Shown one piece after another: positions 1-12,709 of a stretch of DNA of 64,000 nt. Numbering within the stretch: position 1 is the first letter of the stretch; every line of letters starts with the position of its first letter. Both the position numbers and the translations under genes were made by a program. Source of the stretch: Marsupella aquatica (taxonomy: Eukaryota > Plantae > Marchantiophyta); the NCBI GenBank assembly GCA_973895155.1, contig OZ316895.1:1300435-1364434 (forward strand), read 5' to 3'. The notes beneath the pieces were generated by a model that searched no databases, had not been told where the DNA came from, and was given only the letters and a program-made list of their open reading frames with translations.

Positions 1-240
1 GTAGTCCTGTAGCTCTAGAAGAAGGAGAAGAATAAGAAAAGTAGCAGAAGCGGGAGGAGGAGGAGAAGCAGAAGACGTAGCGTTGGCAAGAAACAAGGGA
101 AGAAAGCGATCGAAGTTCTTCAGTTATCTTTTTCTGAGGATTGGTAAGTAGAAACGAGAAAATCAACCAGACGTGTTGCTCCATCCCGTCGGTAACAGGA
201 GAAGAATAGAGAGGACTGTTGTCAATCAGAAACGGAAGCA

Positions 241-2963
241 ATGGTGAAGGCAGTGAGAGTACATTCTTTGTCAGCTACATACACGGTTCAATATGAAGAC
301 ATTCGAGTTCCTCTGCCGCCGGAATCCCACGTGGAAATTCGCCACACCGCAATTGTGGCCAGCAGCTGTGATCAGCTCGCCAAGGAAGGCAATTTGCGGG
401 GTTACTCCCTGGCGGGTCCATCTCTCAAATATCCTTTCACTCTCGGCCTATGCGGAGTCGGGGTAATCACTGAAGTCGGGTCCGGGTTGTTGGATTACCA
501 AATTGGGCAGCGCGTCTTCTACGTGAGTGCAGACGAGCCAGGGAGTTTCTCGGAGCAGAGAGTCATTTGTGCGAAGCATCTCGTTCCTGTGCCCGACTTT
601 CTCACCGATGAGCAGACTGCGAGCATTATCTTTGAGGTATGTAAACAGTCAAATGCCTTATTACCTTGCCTAATGTTTCGACTCCTCGTTCTGAAGAGGA
701 GTCTGGAGGCTTTCAATTTCAATAATCAATCATTTTTGTCTGACTGTCAAAGAATAGGTGGACTCTGCACCTGTTGCATCGACCGAAGCCAGCGGTCTTG
801 CATGGAGTCCATTTAAATAAGGCCTGATTAATGTGGTGTTGAACTTCTTGGATCTTCCCATTATATCAAGATACCCCTGCTTTCAATGCATTCCTCTTAT
901 CTGAAGCCAGTTTACAGAACATGGTAGCAGTGGAGCTAAAAAACTATTGATTACTGGGGCTTGTAGCGTTACCGTTTTGAAAAGGATTCTGGTGGGACCA
1001 GTAGATTCAGTTAGCTGCTTTCTGTGTGACACCTTGTTACGCAATAATGTAGTAGGGTTTTCAATTTCGCAAAGCTGAGAGTTTTTCATTTAAGCGATTG
1101 GAGATGGCTCTGCGTCGCAACTTTGCTCCTTTTCAGGAATACTGTCTTCCGTTTTTGGGATCCGTGACCGCAAAGTTGCGATACAGAAGTCTAGAAATTC
1201 TTGGCTCTGAACATGGTATTTCTTGCCTAGGAAAGTCTCTGAAGTTGAATGGCAGTTCAATTACAGTAACCTGAAGATGTTGGCTGAATTAACCTGAAGT
1301 TGATGTTGGTCGAATCTGTAAAGACGAATTTGAGTTGTGTCAGGTACATAGTTGTTCTTCCACTAAGGGCACAGCTCAGGCAAGTTGTATCGTACTCTAC
1401 TGCTTTGCTACGTAAAGTTAAGGTTGCTGCCCCAGCTGTAGGGTCTTTCATTTTGTCCTATCTCGTTCTGACACGAGGTGGCTGGGTGCTAGCATGAACG
1501 AAGGGACTGGAGGCCTGGATGCTGTTGAGAAGAGTGTTTCCTGTGAGGAAGGGAGACAGAGTATTGATTCACGAGATTACAAGTGGACTTGGATCTCTGT
1601 TGGGCCAATGGGCAAAATTCTTGGGAGCTACAGTGATCGGGACAGTGTCGTCAGAGGATGAAATCACCAAAGGAAAGGAGACTGGTGTCGACCATGTCTT
1701 TCTGTACACCAATTTCCAGGAGAATGTTCTGAAAATTACCGATGGCGCAGGAGTAGCTGCAGTGTATTCGATTGGCGGATACCCGATCGCAGGTTATTCT
1801 CTCCCGCACATTGGAGTGGAGTGTAGAATTTTCCGTCTCTTATTGTCAGCTATCGTTATGCTCTTCAGTAAATGATTCATACTCCTTTTCCTCAACTCTT
1901 GAGAAACGAACAGGAATTCTGGAAATTTTAATATTGATAGTATTAAATTTTCTACAGCCTACTGCCACAATGCACATGCGTAGAGTGATTGATACGCCTG
2001 CTGAAGTATCTACCATGGTAATAATACCGTGTAGGAACTTCTGCATGGTGAAGTGGACTTCTATAGACTCATTGACATAATTATGAAAATTTCCTTTACG
2101 CAAGACGTTATTTACGCTAGTAGGAGCCAACGTCTGGCCAGTAATTACGCTATCCATCGGGATGGTAAGGATTCGTTGCGATGTGCTTGTCAAGATGTGG
2201 CAAATTAAGTTACTTTCTCAATCTTGATTAGCTAGCTTGAGGCGGTGTTGTGTTTTCCTTTGCAGGATCTTTCGGCTCCGTTGCATCCAACGGGATGTTA
2301 GTTATCACAGGGGGTCCCAACATTACTGAAGTTGGCGAGATAGAGAGCAGTTTCTCTGTTGCTTGTCCTGTCTTGCAGGACTTCCTTGACAAACGGGAAG
2401 ACCTTCTTGGTGCTACTGCGGAGCTTTTCTCCTTCATTCAATCGAACGCACTCTCGGTCCTGGTGAAGGACAAGGCGAGTATTTCTACATACATGTTATC
2501 CATGACATCTGGGAGAGTCTTGTCTGTTTCTTGTTTGCAACCAGGATTTTGTAATCCGTCCGAAGCGGGTAGAGGGAGTACCAAAATCCTGGTTTCAATC
2601 AGTTCGCATTTATTTTGTCCCTTATTCTGTCAAACAACCCAATACTCTCATTCCATCCTCGAGTAGCCATGGGTCTGGGAGAGAGGTAAAGCTGATGATA
2701 GTCTTCCCTTGAAGGGCTTTCGATTCTGTTGGTTGAACTGGACGGTACTGAGACAATCAGACAGACGCAAGTTTGTATCAAATACCATGCGCAGACCTCC
2801 TGGGTGGATACTGATTTGTGCCTCGGACGTGGTCTTCGTGTTGCAGTATCCCTTGCAGAAGGCGGACCAAGCTCTGGATCACTTGGCACGACAAAAAGTA
2901 TTCGGATCTGTGATACTTACACCTGCAGTTCCTGACCCTAAAGACATCCCTCATGGATCATGA
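241..2963 (+). CDS. Divergent zeta-crystallin-like NADPH:quinone oxidoreductase (MDR family), 4 exons: 241-636, 1504-1792, 2266-2474, 2847-2963 (~336 aa)
   Basis: MVKAVRVH start, PFTLGLCGVGVITEVG, GQRV, LVPVPD, KGDRVLIH...LGQWAKFLGATVIGTVSS, ITDGAGVAAVY, and C-terminal YPL..A.QA....GSVIL all match QOR motifs. Exons join in frame (1011 nt). Intron 3 has a GC donor (AAG|GCGAGT). The exon 2 acceptor is purine-rich and less certain. Confidence 0.85.
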
Positions 2964-3692
2964 GTTTAACTTTGAGTAATATGTGACAGGTCAACTTAGC
3001 CAATACCTGTCACCAAGCGACCTCTTGAAAATAAAATAGAGGAGGTGTGCATCACCTTTGAGTTCGGAACCTTGTATAAAAAGGTTGAAAAGTTTTTGAA
3101 AGAGTCATTTTATATCAAGATTATTATCTGCTCTACGTTTTTCGACAATTGATGAAGCCCTCAAGTCCACTCCCCAACACACGTATATTACAGCAAACAG
3201 AAGTAAGGGTTTCACACAATATCCACGTATACCCAAATCATAAACATATATGTGACAGCACGTAAGGGCATTGGCATCATAATTTAGTGGTGAGCAGCTC
3301 TACATATGGTGGCGGCTTGACTACCAGTAGAACATGCTATTAACCTCTGTTCTCAATACAGTCCCCTCTCGGTAACACCACAAATACACTTCTGAGGAAC
3401 TGATTACAACGAGATCTCATCTTCCGCATAAGTCCTACGGACGAGAAATCGTCCACTTAGATCTTCATAGTACTTCGAACCCCAGGTTGTATTGCATACT
3501 ACTTTGTACTTGCCTCTTCTTCAATAGGCATAACTAGAACAAGTTGAAACGCTAGCTACTGTACTTCCTAGTCAGAGGCTGCTGGTTCTTCAGTTCCTTC
3601 ACGAGTCCAAACCAGTAATCCACCAGTCAAAATTGGAGCATGCACTTAAAAATTGAAAGAAAATTCAGATTTCAGAAAGCTCATCAACCAAG

Positions 3693-3968
3693 CTATTTCC
3701 TTTTCTTGCTCGGTACTGACCGGGCGGGTGGCACTTCTTCCTCGTCGTCGCTTCCAGCTTCCGTCCCCAACACCTCATCCGGCTCTTCAAGAGGAGTATT
3801 TTGCTTGAGCAAGTATTCTCCAAGAAAGCCCATACATTTTCCTTTCAGTTCCATCAATGCAGAAGACAGAGAACTGTGATCTCCTGAGGCGCTCGCTGGG
3901 AGATGCTCCTGTGCGCTCAGGACAATGGTTGCTCTTGCCAATGGACTAGGACTCGATTGCTCATCCAT
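3693..3968 (-). CDS. Small orphan protein (91 aa) with amphipathic helix, acidic tail and C-terminal KKRK; possibly Gon7/C14orf142-like
   Basis: The ATG follows a clean acceptor (ttttactgcag|gttcgacatcATG). Composition is protein-like (LSSALMELKGKCMGFLGEYL; EEPDEVLGTEAGSDDEEEV; KKRK). A telo-box lies upstream. The family call is by architecture only. Confidence 0.6.
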   Translation of the reverse strand: MDEQSSPSPLARATIVLSAQEHLPASASGDHSSLSSALMELKGKCMGFLGEYLLKQNTPLEEPDEVLGTEAGSDDEEEVPPARSVPSKKRK

Positions 3969-4642
3969 GATGTCGAACCTGCAGTAAAACTGAAATCTGA
4001 GAACTGAATCAAATGACAGTCTCAAATCTTCCATGTTACATCTTTCACAAGCAAATATGGATATAAGGAGCTCGCACCACAGCACAACGCAGGGCAGAAG
4101 TCCTGCTTGCCACGAAGGAGTAATGGGTGCCTACAAGTATGTGAAGGAGCTGTCAGTTCAGTGTTTTTGGAAGTCAGGCATCGGATCCTGCAGATCTTGT
4201 CTTGCAAACCGAGTGTTTACATAGTTCATTGCAACTAGTTTACATAGTTCATGTGCAGTCTCCTTCGGCGATTTCCCTTATCTTCCGTTGTGGGAAACTA
4301 GGTTTTCGAATATGATCAGTGAGTTCTCGTTCGACGTTCTACATTAACCTTTGATTCATTGACATGGACAGAGCTTTCTTGCATAAAATAAAAGACGTAG
4401 TAAAAGATTATATAGATAAATGGCCATGAAGACCAGCTAACCGGGAAAAAAATTAGTGCCGCAACTTCCTCGGTGAGTGAAGTTCTTACACTCAATCTCT
4501 CTGACAGTTGAATTCCACGTCAGGGTCATCGAGCTCCAGAAGCTCCACAACATTCCCCACAGTGCCCATGTCTAATCCATTCCTTAATGCTCGCCAACAA
4601 AGCTCCTCGAAGGTAAGCAGAATATGATGTATGTTGCGAGCA

Positions 4643-4665
4643 AGGGTTTAGGGTTTAGGGTTTAG
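4643..4665 (-). promoter_or_regulatory. Telo-box cluster, ~3 x AAACCCT
   Basis: agggtttagggtttagggtttag in the 5' region of the small minus-strand gene. Confidence 0.65.
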
Positions 4666-6512
4666 CAATCTAGTATAATGAACTATTGCGATCGTGTGGG
4701 AGTGCTTTAAAGGATCCGCGCACACAACAGACCTGGCAAGTGAGGGGAAGAGACGAGCTAAACAGGAGAGAGAGGCTGCAATTGTTTACGTGCGAGTAAG
4801 CAGGCGAAACCCAGGGATTTTCCCAACGTATGATCCTCAGTGAGGAACTATACATCCAGAGAGAGACACAAAGACAGAGAGAGTAATCACCTTCAGAAGT
4901 AAATCGAGCGTCACGTCTCGAGACTCCCTGTCTCGAGTCCCACCTCGAAAGTCAACCACAAAACAAGTCGAAGGAACGATCCTCTATGTCCAGAGAGATT
5001 TGAACGTCCCTCAATTCACGAACTCTGTACAATGACCACCTCCCGCCGTCTCCCGACCCTCGAATAACACTTGTGGAGAAATATTTGGTGCTCTAATCTG
5101 CTCCCGCTGTCGTCTTTCTGAAGTTCCGTGTCATTAGATCGTTGTCGTTATGACACGCAGACTGTCCTGGTGTTCTTCAGACTCTGGATGTTATTCGTAT
5201 CTCTAGTTAGGGACACTGACCAAATCTGTTTGGACTTGTAAGAGTGCGATGGAGGCACTCTCTTGTTCCCATGGCCCAAAGTACTTTATTTATGCCTCGA
5301 AGTATTTCCACACATGTATGGCCGTTGGTCTTTCTGTGTGCAGTACCACGGACGTAGGCTCAAAGTTGTCTTCTTATTTATTGTCAGGTTGCTTTACACA
5401 ATTGCCCAGAACATATGTCACTTTGGGTAACATGCTCTGTGACAAAGTTGCATACTTCCGACAAAGTTGAATACTAAAATGATGGCAGCTGGACCCCAAG
5501 ATTAACTCGTTTATAAATTTAAACGATGTTGCCAGGGGCTGTCCACTACAAGAAATGTTTGTCCCAAGTTCTTCACTCTGGTTGACCTAACATCACTCTA
5601 CTAACTTCAAGATAAGTAATTGTACTCCTTTTCGCTCGCCTTCTCTGAAAGCTGAACAGCAGGCAGTGATGCAGGAAGGTTCTAACCATTTTCCTGGGGC
5701 AGTGAATTGTTGAAACATCACTTCTTGTGTAGACTGATTATATAAATCAATATGCATAAAAGTACTCGTTACTGATACCCCTCTCGTTCTTACAACCTCT
5801 ACTTCGTGGTTTGCGATGTCAACGTAAGCCCGGGTCGAGAATGTAGTGAACAGACATTGGAGCTCCATAAACCATGCAACCCCCTAAGCAATTGCAAGCT
5901 TTGAAGGATTTTCTCGAACCAATCGCAAAGTTGACAAATCAGCGTGATCTAAAACGTACGATTATGCAACAGTGGGCATCGAAACTGTCAACTTCACCGG
6001 TCCTATGTTCTATGAAGAACCATTACTCAAAGTAAAACCGGTACCAATTAGGGACGGCAACTGAGAGATACTACTGATATGTTTGGGAAGACACCAAACA
6101 CATGTAGTGGGCAGTATTTTAGAGTAGCAGATCATTGCAACAATTTAGGGTTTTTGGACAGAAATCAGTAGGTGCACGGAATCACTGAGAAAACAGTAAG
6201 GAATCTCCGAATTAAGACCTTCGAATTCACAGCTCGACGACTCCAAAATTGCAGAACTATTAAGGGGAAATCAACCCAAACATCCTTATGGACTTTCGTT
6301 CTGATGATTCAAACCCTGAAGGACAACTACACAGGAAGTGAAGCAGATAACAATAGTCCAGTTTTATGGGTACCTACTACATTTACAATATCTTCCTAAG
6401 CCGCTTTTCAAGAATCCCTAATCTCTTCATGTTGACAACTAAACCTCACCTACCCAGCTCTAATATATTTCACTTGCTGACTAATACATTTTCATCTTTA
6501 CAGAACAGTTGA

Positions 6513-8057
6513 CTAGCTTGAAGATGCAATGGACTTGGTTCTCGTTGGTGTCCCGCCTAATGATCTCGAATTTGAAGACATCATCTTAGGATTGTTCCTG
6601 ACAATAATTTTCTTCCTTACACTGCCTTCCTGCTTATCCCTTCCACTGGTGAACGCTCCTGCGTCATCTGTGCCGAATTTTCCAGTCGGCGTCCTCGTGT
6701 TGCCCGGTCTGCTCGTATGACCAGAACCTCGAGAAGCAGAGAGCGGTGGTCTCTCATCATCAGAAGATGGAATAAACTTCTCCATTTCCTCCGGTGAGAG
6801 CAACCTCGCTGCAGCACGTAGTTTCGATCTTTGCTCGGCATCTTGATGATCCCTCCTTTTCCACAACTCTTTCACTGCATCTTCAACGCTTTCCACCTTG
6901 TGACAAGCCCCACGACAAACGGCACATACATATCGGAGATTATCATCATTTTGATACTGGAAGAACTGCTCATCGCTGATCCCATCACACCAACAGTGCA
7001 CCCAATGCTCGCAGGAGTCACAGCATACCATAGGAGTCACCTCCGAGTCCCTGTATACCTTCAAGCACACTGGACAGTACTTGTCCTTCACAAACAGCCG
7101 CCCGCATGCATCACATGTGGTGAATGCCATAAACCATCTAGAACTAACACCGCTCCCAGGAACATTAGAGTTACAACTGTGGCAGACAGTGTGCTTGGGA
7201 CACAGGTAAGGGCCCTTCGGTACGTGCTTGAGGGGAGGTTGCTGACAATATATATGAAGCCCTTCATCGCACCTTTTGCAGAACATCAATTTGTTGGGAT
7301 CACCAGCTTGCCTGCAAACCTCACATGAGCGGCACATCCCACACACCCATTGAGTCCAATCGAATAAATCACGAAACTCGGCCCACCGCTTCACACACTT
7401 CCGGTGGTACTTCCTATTGCATGACCGACACGAGAGCATTCGCTTTTCTCTCTCCCCGCCTGCAATTTCCATGGAAGAGCAAATCCCACACACAGTTTGT
7501 TGGCGGGGCTCTCGTAATTCTTGAGCAGCAGACACCGCGCCCCCATCATGCTTGCTATGCCTGTCCACTCCGTGTGCTCCAGCCAGCTCCGCATCACGGG
7601 AATTTGCACCGCCTCTGTCGCTTCGGCTTGCAAAACTGTTGCCGTCTGTACCAGCAGACCGGCGAACAACCGTGAGCCTGCTGGCCTTCTTACTCACCGC
7701 AGTGTTCGGAGTCACCTCCACGACCTTTCTAGTCGACAGCTTTGTCATCTTCTTGCCCCTAAACGGCCTCTTCGGAGTAGGCATCCCGCCCTCCTCCGCA
7801 CTGCGGTCTCCCTTCCCATCATGGCCCCCCGTAGGAATTCGCTGCTGCTTGATAGTCTTCTTGACATCCTTAAGCAGGCACGGAACAACGACATCAACGG
7901 TCTTCTCCCCGCCCAAGAAATCCAGCGACGGCCAAATGTCTTTCGTCAGGATTTGCTGGAGAGGCGCCTGCGATGGCGAAGGACTTGGATCTCTTCTTCC
8001 AAAGGTGCAGTAGCAAATCTTTCGACAAGTGAGAGGACAACCCAGATGAAATGCCAT
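6513..8057 (-). CDS. Multi-PHD-finger protein (At3g08020-like family), single coding exon, 514 aa
   Basis: N-terminal MAFHLGCPLTCRKICYC; tandem PHD fingers (CGIC..CRSC..YHRKC..CGMC; CEVC..CKRC..LHIYC..CPKH; CPVC..CCDSCEHWVHCWC..CAVC). Confidence 0.9.
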   Translation of the reverse strand: MAFHLGCPLTCRKICYCTFGRRDPSPSPSQAPLQQILTKDIWPSLDFLGGEKTVDVVVPCLLKDVKKTIKQQRIPTGGHDGKGDRSAEEGGMPTPKRPFRGKKMTKLSTRKVVEVTPNTAVSKKASRLTVVRRSAGTDGNSFASRSDRGGANSRDAELAGAHGVDRHSKHDGGAVSAAQELREPRQQTVCGICSSMEIAGGEREKRMLSCRSCNRKYHRKCVKRWAEFRDLFDWTQWVCGMCRSCEVCRQAGDPNKLMFCKRCDEGLHIYCQQPPLKHVPKGPYLCPKHTVCHSCNSNVPGSGVSSRWFMAFTTCDACGRLFVKDKYCPVCLKVYRDSEVTPMVCCDSCEHWVHCWCDGISDEQFFQYQNDDNLRYVCAVCRGACHKVESVEDAVKELWKRRDHQDAEQRSKLRAAARLLSPEEMEKFIPSSDDERPPLSASRGSGHTSRPGNTRTPTGKFGTDDAGAFTSGRDKQEGSVRKKIIVRNNPKMMSSNSRSLGGTPTRTKSIASSS

Positions 8058-8471
8058 GAATGTGAGCGAGCGATCAGTCAGTACCGTCCCGCAGTTGGGG
8101 AAGTGGATTCCTATTCCAATTCCAAACTTGAGGTCATCTCATTCTCGCACATCGCCTAAACAGAATCAGAAGGACAAGAAACATCGAGAGGAAATCTCGG
8201 TTGACTGGTCCTACCACCTATTTATTGTGTTGTTCTTTGCACGAGCTTTCTCGCTTTCAAGTTTCAACCAAATGATTTGTCATTTCGTTCGTGGTGGTCG
8301 AGGTCGAGGTCGAGGTTACGATGGCAGACATTGAAAGAAGGATCATTCCGGGTCACGATGTATTTACGCAGATACAGCGAGTTCTGGATAAGTGCACACT
8401 CCCGCGAGGAAGCCAACGGTGTGTACTTAACGAGGGTTCGCACAAGTGCACAAACTTACAGTATGTAACTA

Positions 8472-8979
8472 CACTGTCCACCGCAAATTAGTGTAATAGT
8501 TTAGTCACACTAAATGCCTAGCCTTTCAAAATTTTACATCTCACATAAAAATAGCTGAAATTAGTGTTAGTCACACTAGTTGCCTAGCCCTTCAAATTTT
8601 ACATTTACATCTCACATAAAATAGTGCAACTCACATTATTTCAGGTGTCACTCTAATTTCAGGTCATATGAAATCACACATTTGGTCTCACTAATTGTTT
8701 TACAACTCACATAAAATAGCATGACACATTATTTCAGGTCACATGAGTCACACTTTTGGTCTCACTAATTGAGGTGTTGGCCTTGAAGATACTGCACACT
8801 GAAAATAGAGACATAAACTGAGACTCAAGCGGACTCTCAATACAAAGTAAAGTGTGTGACATAGCATATTTAATTAGTGAGATTTGTGTTAGAAAAAAAT
8901 ACTCACACAATTTAGTGCAAGTCACTCTAATTTTGATGTCACACTAATTATATACTCACACTATTTAAGGTGAACAGTG
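8472..8979. mobile_element. Non-autonomous TIR element (MITE-like, CACTG termini) with many internal TCACAC/CTCAC motifs
   Basis: Left end CACTGTCCACCGCAAATTAGTGT versus right-end reverse complement CACTGTTCACCTTAAATAGTGT. TA on both flanks (8470-8471, 8980-8981). Confidence 0.7.
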
Positions 8980-9078
8980 TACTGTATATAATAGTCATTG
9001 AAAGTTACACAGAATATATACTTGATGCACCCTTAAAGTGAAAAGTCATTATTTGATGGACCCGTCTGAGTGGGTTCA

Positions 9079-9265
9079 TTGATTTGAGGTACATCAAGGG
9101 TCTGGACTACTCATGGGGTCCATCGAGTAACACATTTCATTGTGGAGGTCTATCAGGTATATCTCTCTTGAAAGTTGATTTGAGGTCCATCAATGGTCTG
9201 GATCACTCATTGGGTCCATCAAGTAGCACTTTTCATTGTGGGGGTCTATCAAGTATATCTCTCTT
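9079..9265. repeat. Two diverged ~96-bp tandem direct repeats
   Basis: ttgatttgaggt(a/c)catcaa...ttcattgtgg(a/g)ggtctatca(g/a)gtatatctctctt occurs twice. Confidence 0.8.
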
Positions 9266-11890
9266 TAACTCTCATGCTTCCGGTCTAGAGTGAAGGCTCT
9301 AAACCCTGACTAGAGGGCATCATGACCGTGCAGGTGGAGGTGGAAAATGGGGATTGGGGCAAGTCACTGGAAAACATTTGAACCTGAATAGGCAAAATTG
9401 TAGGTAATGGTGTGAATGTCAACCAACAAGTAGACAATCTATGTTTTCACAATTTTCACAATTTTTTTAATGTCAACCAACAAGTGGACAATAATTTTTT
9501 TGTCCTCACCAGTCTATGTGTATGTTCAATCCCTGATAAAAAAACTACAATGTGAAGTTCTTGTTTAGAGTGAAGCCTGTACACCATTACTCATGGAAGT
9601 TTCAAAGTCATGGAACAGGTGGGGCAGGCAACAGTGAGTTTGAACAAAGCTCAGGCAGTCAGGCTAGCAGTTTATTCATGTGCTAGTGGTTTTTATACAT
9701 GCAACGGGCCCCTTTATTAGTCAAGATTCTTGTGACTTCCTTAGTCAGTTGTATGTCCGTGGCCTGAAAGTGATCCCCTACCTCATACTCTACTTAAATA
9801 TGACTTGCACTTATCAATTAGTGTAAGTCACAGGAAATGTAAACATGATGATCAATGTGCATGAACTCTTATAAAGGGTTTGCACTGATATATTTGTCGT
9901 TTAGTGCAACCCTATTTGTACCTCGATTTGTACTAATGACAAGTGCAAAATGGTTGAAAAAGGGTACAATGGATGTATATTAGATACCCAGGTTTCCTCG
10001 AATTGGAGTGTGTTTTGAGTTCTAAACACTTATAATAAGAAATACCTTAGTTTCTTTCTTTCTCATGTTTTGTTTATGATATGTCATACTGACAGACGCC
10101 TTCCAGGCCATTGGACGATGGTGACAGTTTTTCCTCACCATGAAGATGTCAATGTGCACCTTTATGGTGTCCAACCCGTCACTCTCCTTGCAGCTTGGAT
10201 ACTCCCTTGACATCCAGTTGCATGTCAAGCGGACTCCTCAAGCAATTGCCTGACCATCTCACTCGTGCTCTATAAGACAGCCGCTCACCATCATTTACTG
10301 TTCAACAATAGTGTGCAGCACGGGCATTATATACTATTCAACAACAGTGTGCAGCACAAGCATTGGGCTATGATTTTAGGTCCCTAATTACCAAGTCTGA
10401 GGATGCTTGATTTGAGTTGTTCTTAGAAAGCTATACCTTTCTGATGTTTCCCTCGAACTTAGCTGCACTCACCTCCAGCTTGTGGACAACAACTAAACTG
10501 GGTGTGGGTTTGGGATTAGGGCAAAGGACTGTTTCCATGCACAAATTGTGGTAGGAATATTCTCTATGACATTAGAGTTGTACATAAAAATAGAGAGGAT
10601 GATGATGACCACTTTGATCACATGTTAAAACTGAGTCACCATAAAATCTTCTGAGAAGTTGCTTAACCCAAAAAATATCATGTGAGTTATATCTTCCTCT
10701 CCTGCTAGATATTGAGCAACCACTAGTTGATGTTGATGTCAAAGTGCAATTCACCAAACTAGTGATGTGAAAGTGAAACTCACCCTATACTTGAATCAAA
10801 ATGGTGGTCCACTCATCTGGTTTCAAACACTTTTCATATATGTATGTATCTATCTACATATTATAGTATGCAATCTTGCTATGTCCTTCTCATGGTTTGT
10901 TTACAAAATGTCATTATAGCGAGAAGTCTCCTTGACAGTTTGATTACATTGACATGTTTTGCTACCATGAGAGGGGCCTTGAGGTATCACTATGCTGTCA
11001 CTTTCCTAATCCAACCCGTCACTCTTCCTACCGGTTGCATACACCTTGAAATCAAATTATCAGGCCACCTCCGCAAACCAAGAGGTTTCTGATTTAAAAC
11101 CGAATAGCATAAGCCATCTGTCGGTGACACTTGGCGCACCAAGTAAAGTGGGTCGATAATGAGCATGTGGGACATTTTATGGTGTCTGCATACCTGGAGA
11201 AATGATAGTTTAAGACATTCACTCTCCAATATGGGAAAGTTGCTCTTCCCACAATGACACCTTGCACTAAAGACCATTCGGTAATAACAAAAAAGCTGTC
11301 ACCAAATTTGTCAAAAACAAAAGTAGCTCAAACTGAGGGTTTTTGAATCTTCAAGAATAAGGCCTTGGCAGATTAGCTTGTCGGACTTCCGGTTTCAATG
11401 ATGCCAAACCTTTATCTACATCAGAAATTATTCAAATACGCTTTGTCATTGTCCTACATGTACATACCTGTAAATATACAAATTGTAACGGTTTTGTGCC
11501 TTTTGCCAAGTTCTTGGTTTTGTAGCACTTTTCCTTTTGTTTTGTGCAACCAATGGAAAATCCTTTTCGCCTTCTGGATTCTCCATATGATTTGTGGCTA
11601 TTGGACTGTTTTGGTTGTACATAACCGACAAGTTCCCGTGACTGTTTTCCCTCTGGCTTGGGGTCTTCACATGATAACAATTCAGACTGATAGATTACTA
11701 AAATTGAGCAAGCATGATTGGCGCTAAAGGTGGCCAAAGTTTTCTGGATACATTATTATTCTAGCTATAATGGTGTAAAGGATATAGATAATTATTGGCA
11801 TCGATGGAACAATAATAATTTTGTCTCTTTGCATAGATTGGAAAAGGAAAGAATCGTATTAAAGCTCTCCTACTTCAGTCTGTTCTGTAC

Positions 11891-12232
11891 TGTTAGGTAT
11901 TTACTCAAGGTCTAGGGTTACGACATGTACCATAGTTAAGCTAACCATAGTCGGAGACGTGGTTAGGTTAACTAGGATGCACACTATATGCCAAGCGGTG
12001 TTTGCTTGGATAAGTGAAACTTAGGCTCATTGTTATAGAGCCACTTGAGAAATGAGGAGAGCTTACACTGTGGAGACTTGGTATGGCCGACGGGCTTAGA
12101 GTTCAGTAAAGCTCTCTTGTGTGTTCTTGTGGACGTAGTCTCGAGGAGGTGAACCACGTATCTCTTGTGTCGACTACTTGCGCGTTGGATGTGTCATGTG
12201 CTTACCGTTACGAGTGTCGTTATTGCTCAACA
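11891..12232 (+). mobile_element. Solo LTR (~342 bp), probably Copia-type
   Basis: TGTTAG...CTCAACA termini with a perfect 5-bp TSD TGTAC (11886-11890, 12233-12237). Internal GTGGACGTAG...GAACCACGTA motif is typical of plant LTR 3' regions. Confidence 0.8.
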
Positions 12233-12382
12233 TGTACATCATTGGTGTGGAAATTTCAGTGCTTGGAAATTGCACTGTAGAACTCCTTTCCAATGATCTA
12301 CACTGATCCACCTCTAGAAATCCTTTCTAAGTTGTGTCAAGAGAAGACTCAAAGATCATGCAAATGCAATCAATGTGCAGGG

Positions 12383-12709
12383 CTCGGGGGGGTCACTTCC
12401 ACGGAAGTGACACATCACGTGCGACGAAGTATAGGCCCATTTAAATGGGTGTGGCGGAAGACTTCCAAAGTTTGGTGGAAGAACACATAGGGCATGTTTT
12501 ATTGATTGGTCGACTTTAAAGAACACATAGGCCTATTTAATTGCAAAAATACTTTCTATAAAGTTTTTAGGGGTTTTTTAATAAAAAATGACAAAATTTT
12601 AAGAAAGAAAAGGCTTTGCAAAAAAATATTTTTCACTTTAAAGTTAGGGGGGTCAAACCCTAAAACGTCGCACGCGATGTATGACCCTCCATATAGTGAC
12701 CCCCCCGAG
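12383..12709. mobile_element. MITE, family A copy 1 (TIR CTCGGGGGGGTCAC, 8-bp TSD)
   Basis: Perfect 14-bp TIR and TSD GTGCAGGG (12375-12382, 12710-12717). Near-identical inverted copy at 39320-39650. Confidence 0.9.

Noticed and set aside
6831-8159. Plus-strand ORFs of 116-212 aa
   Set aside because: Antisense shadows of the GC-rich PHD CDS with no recognisable motifs.
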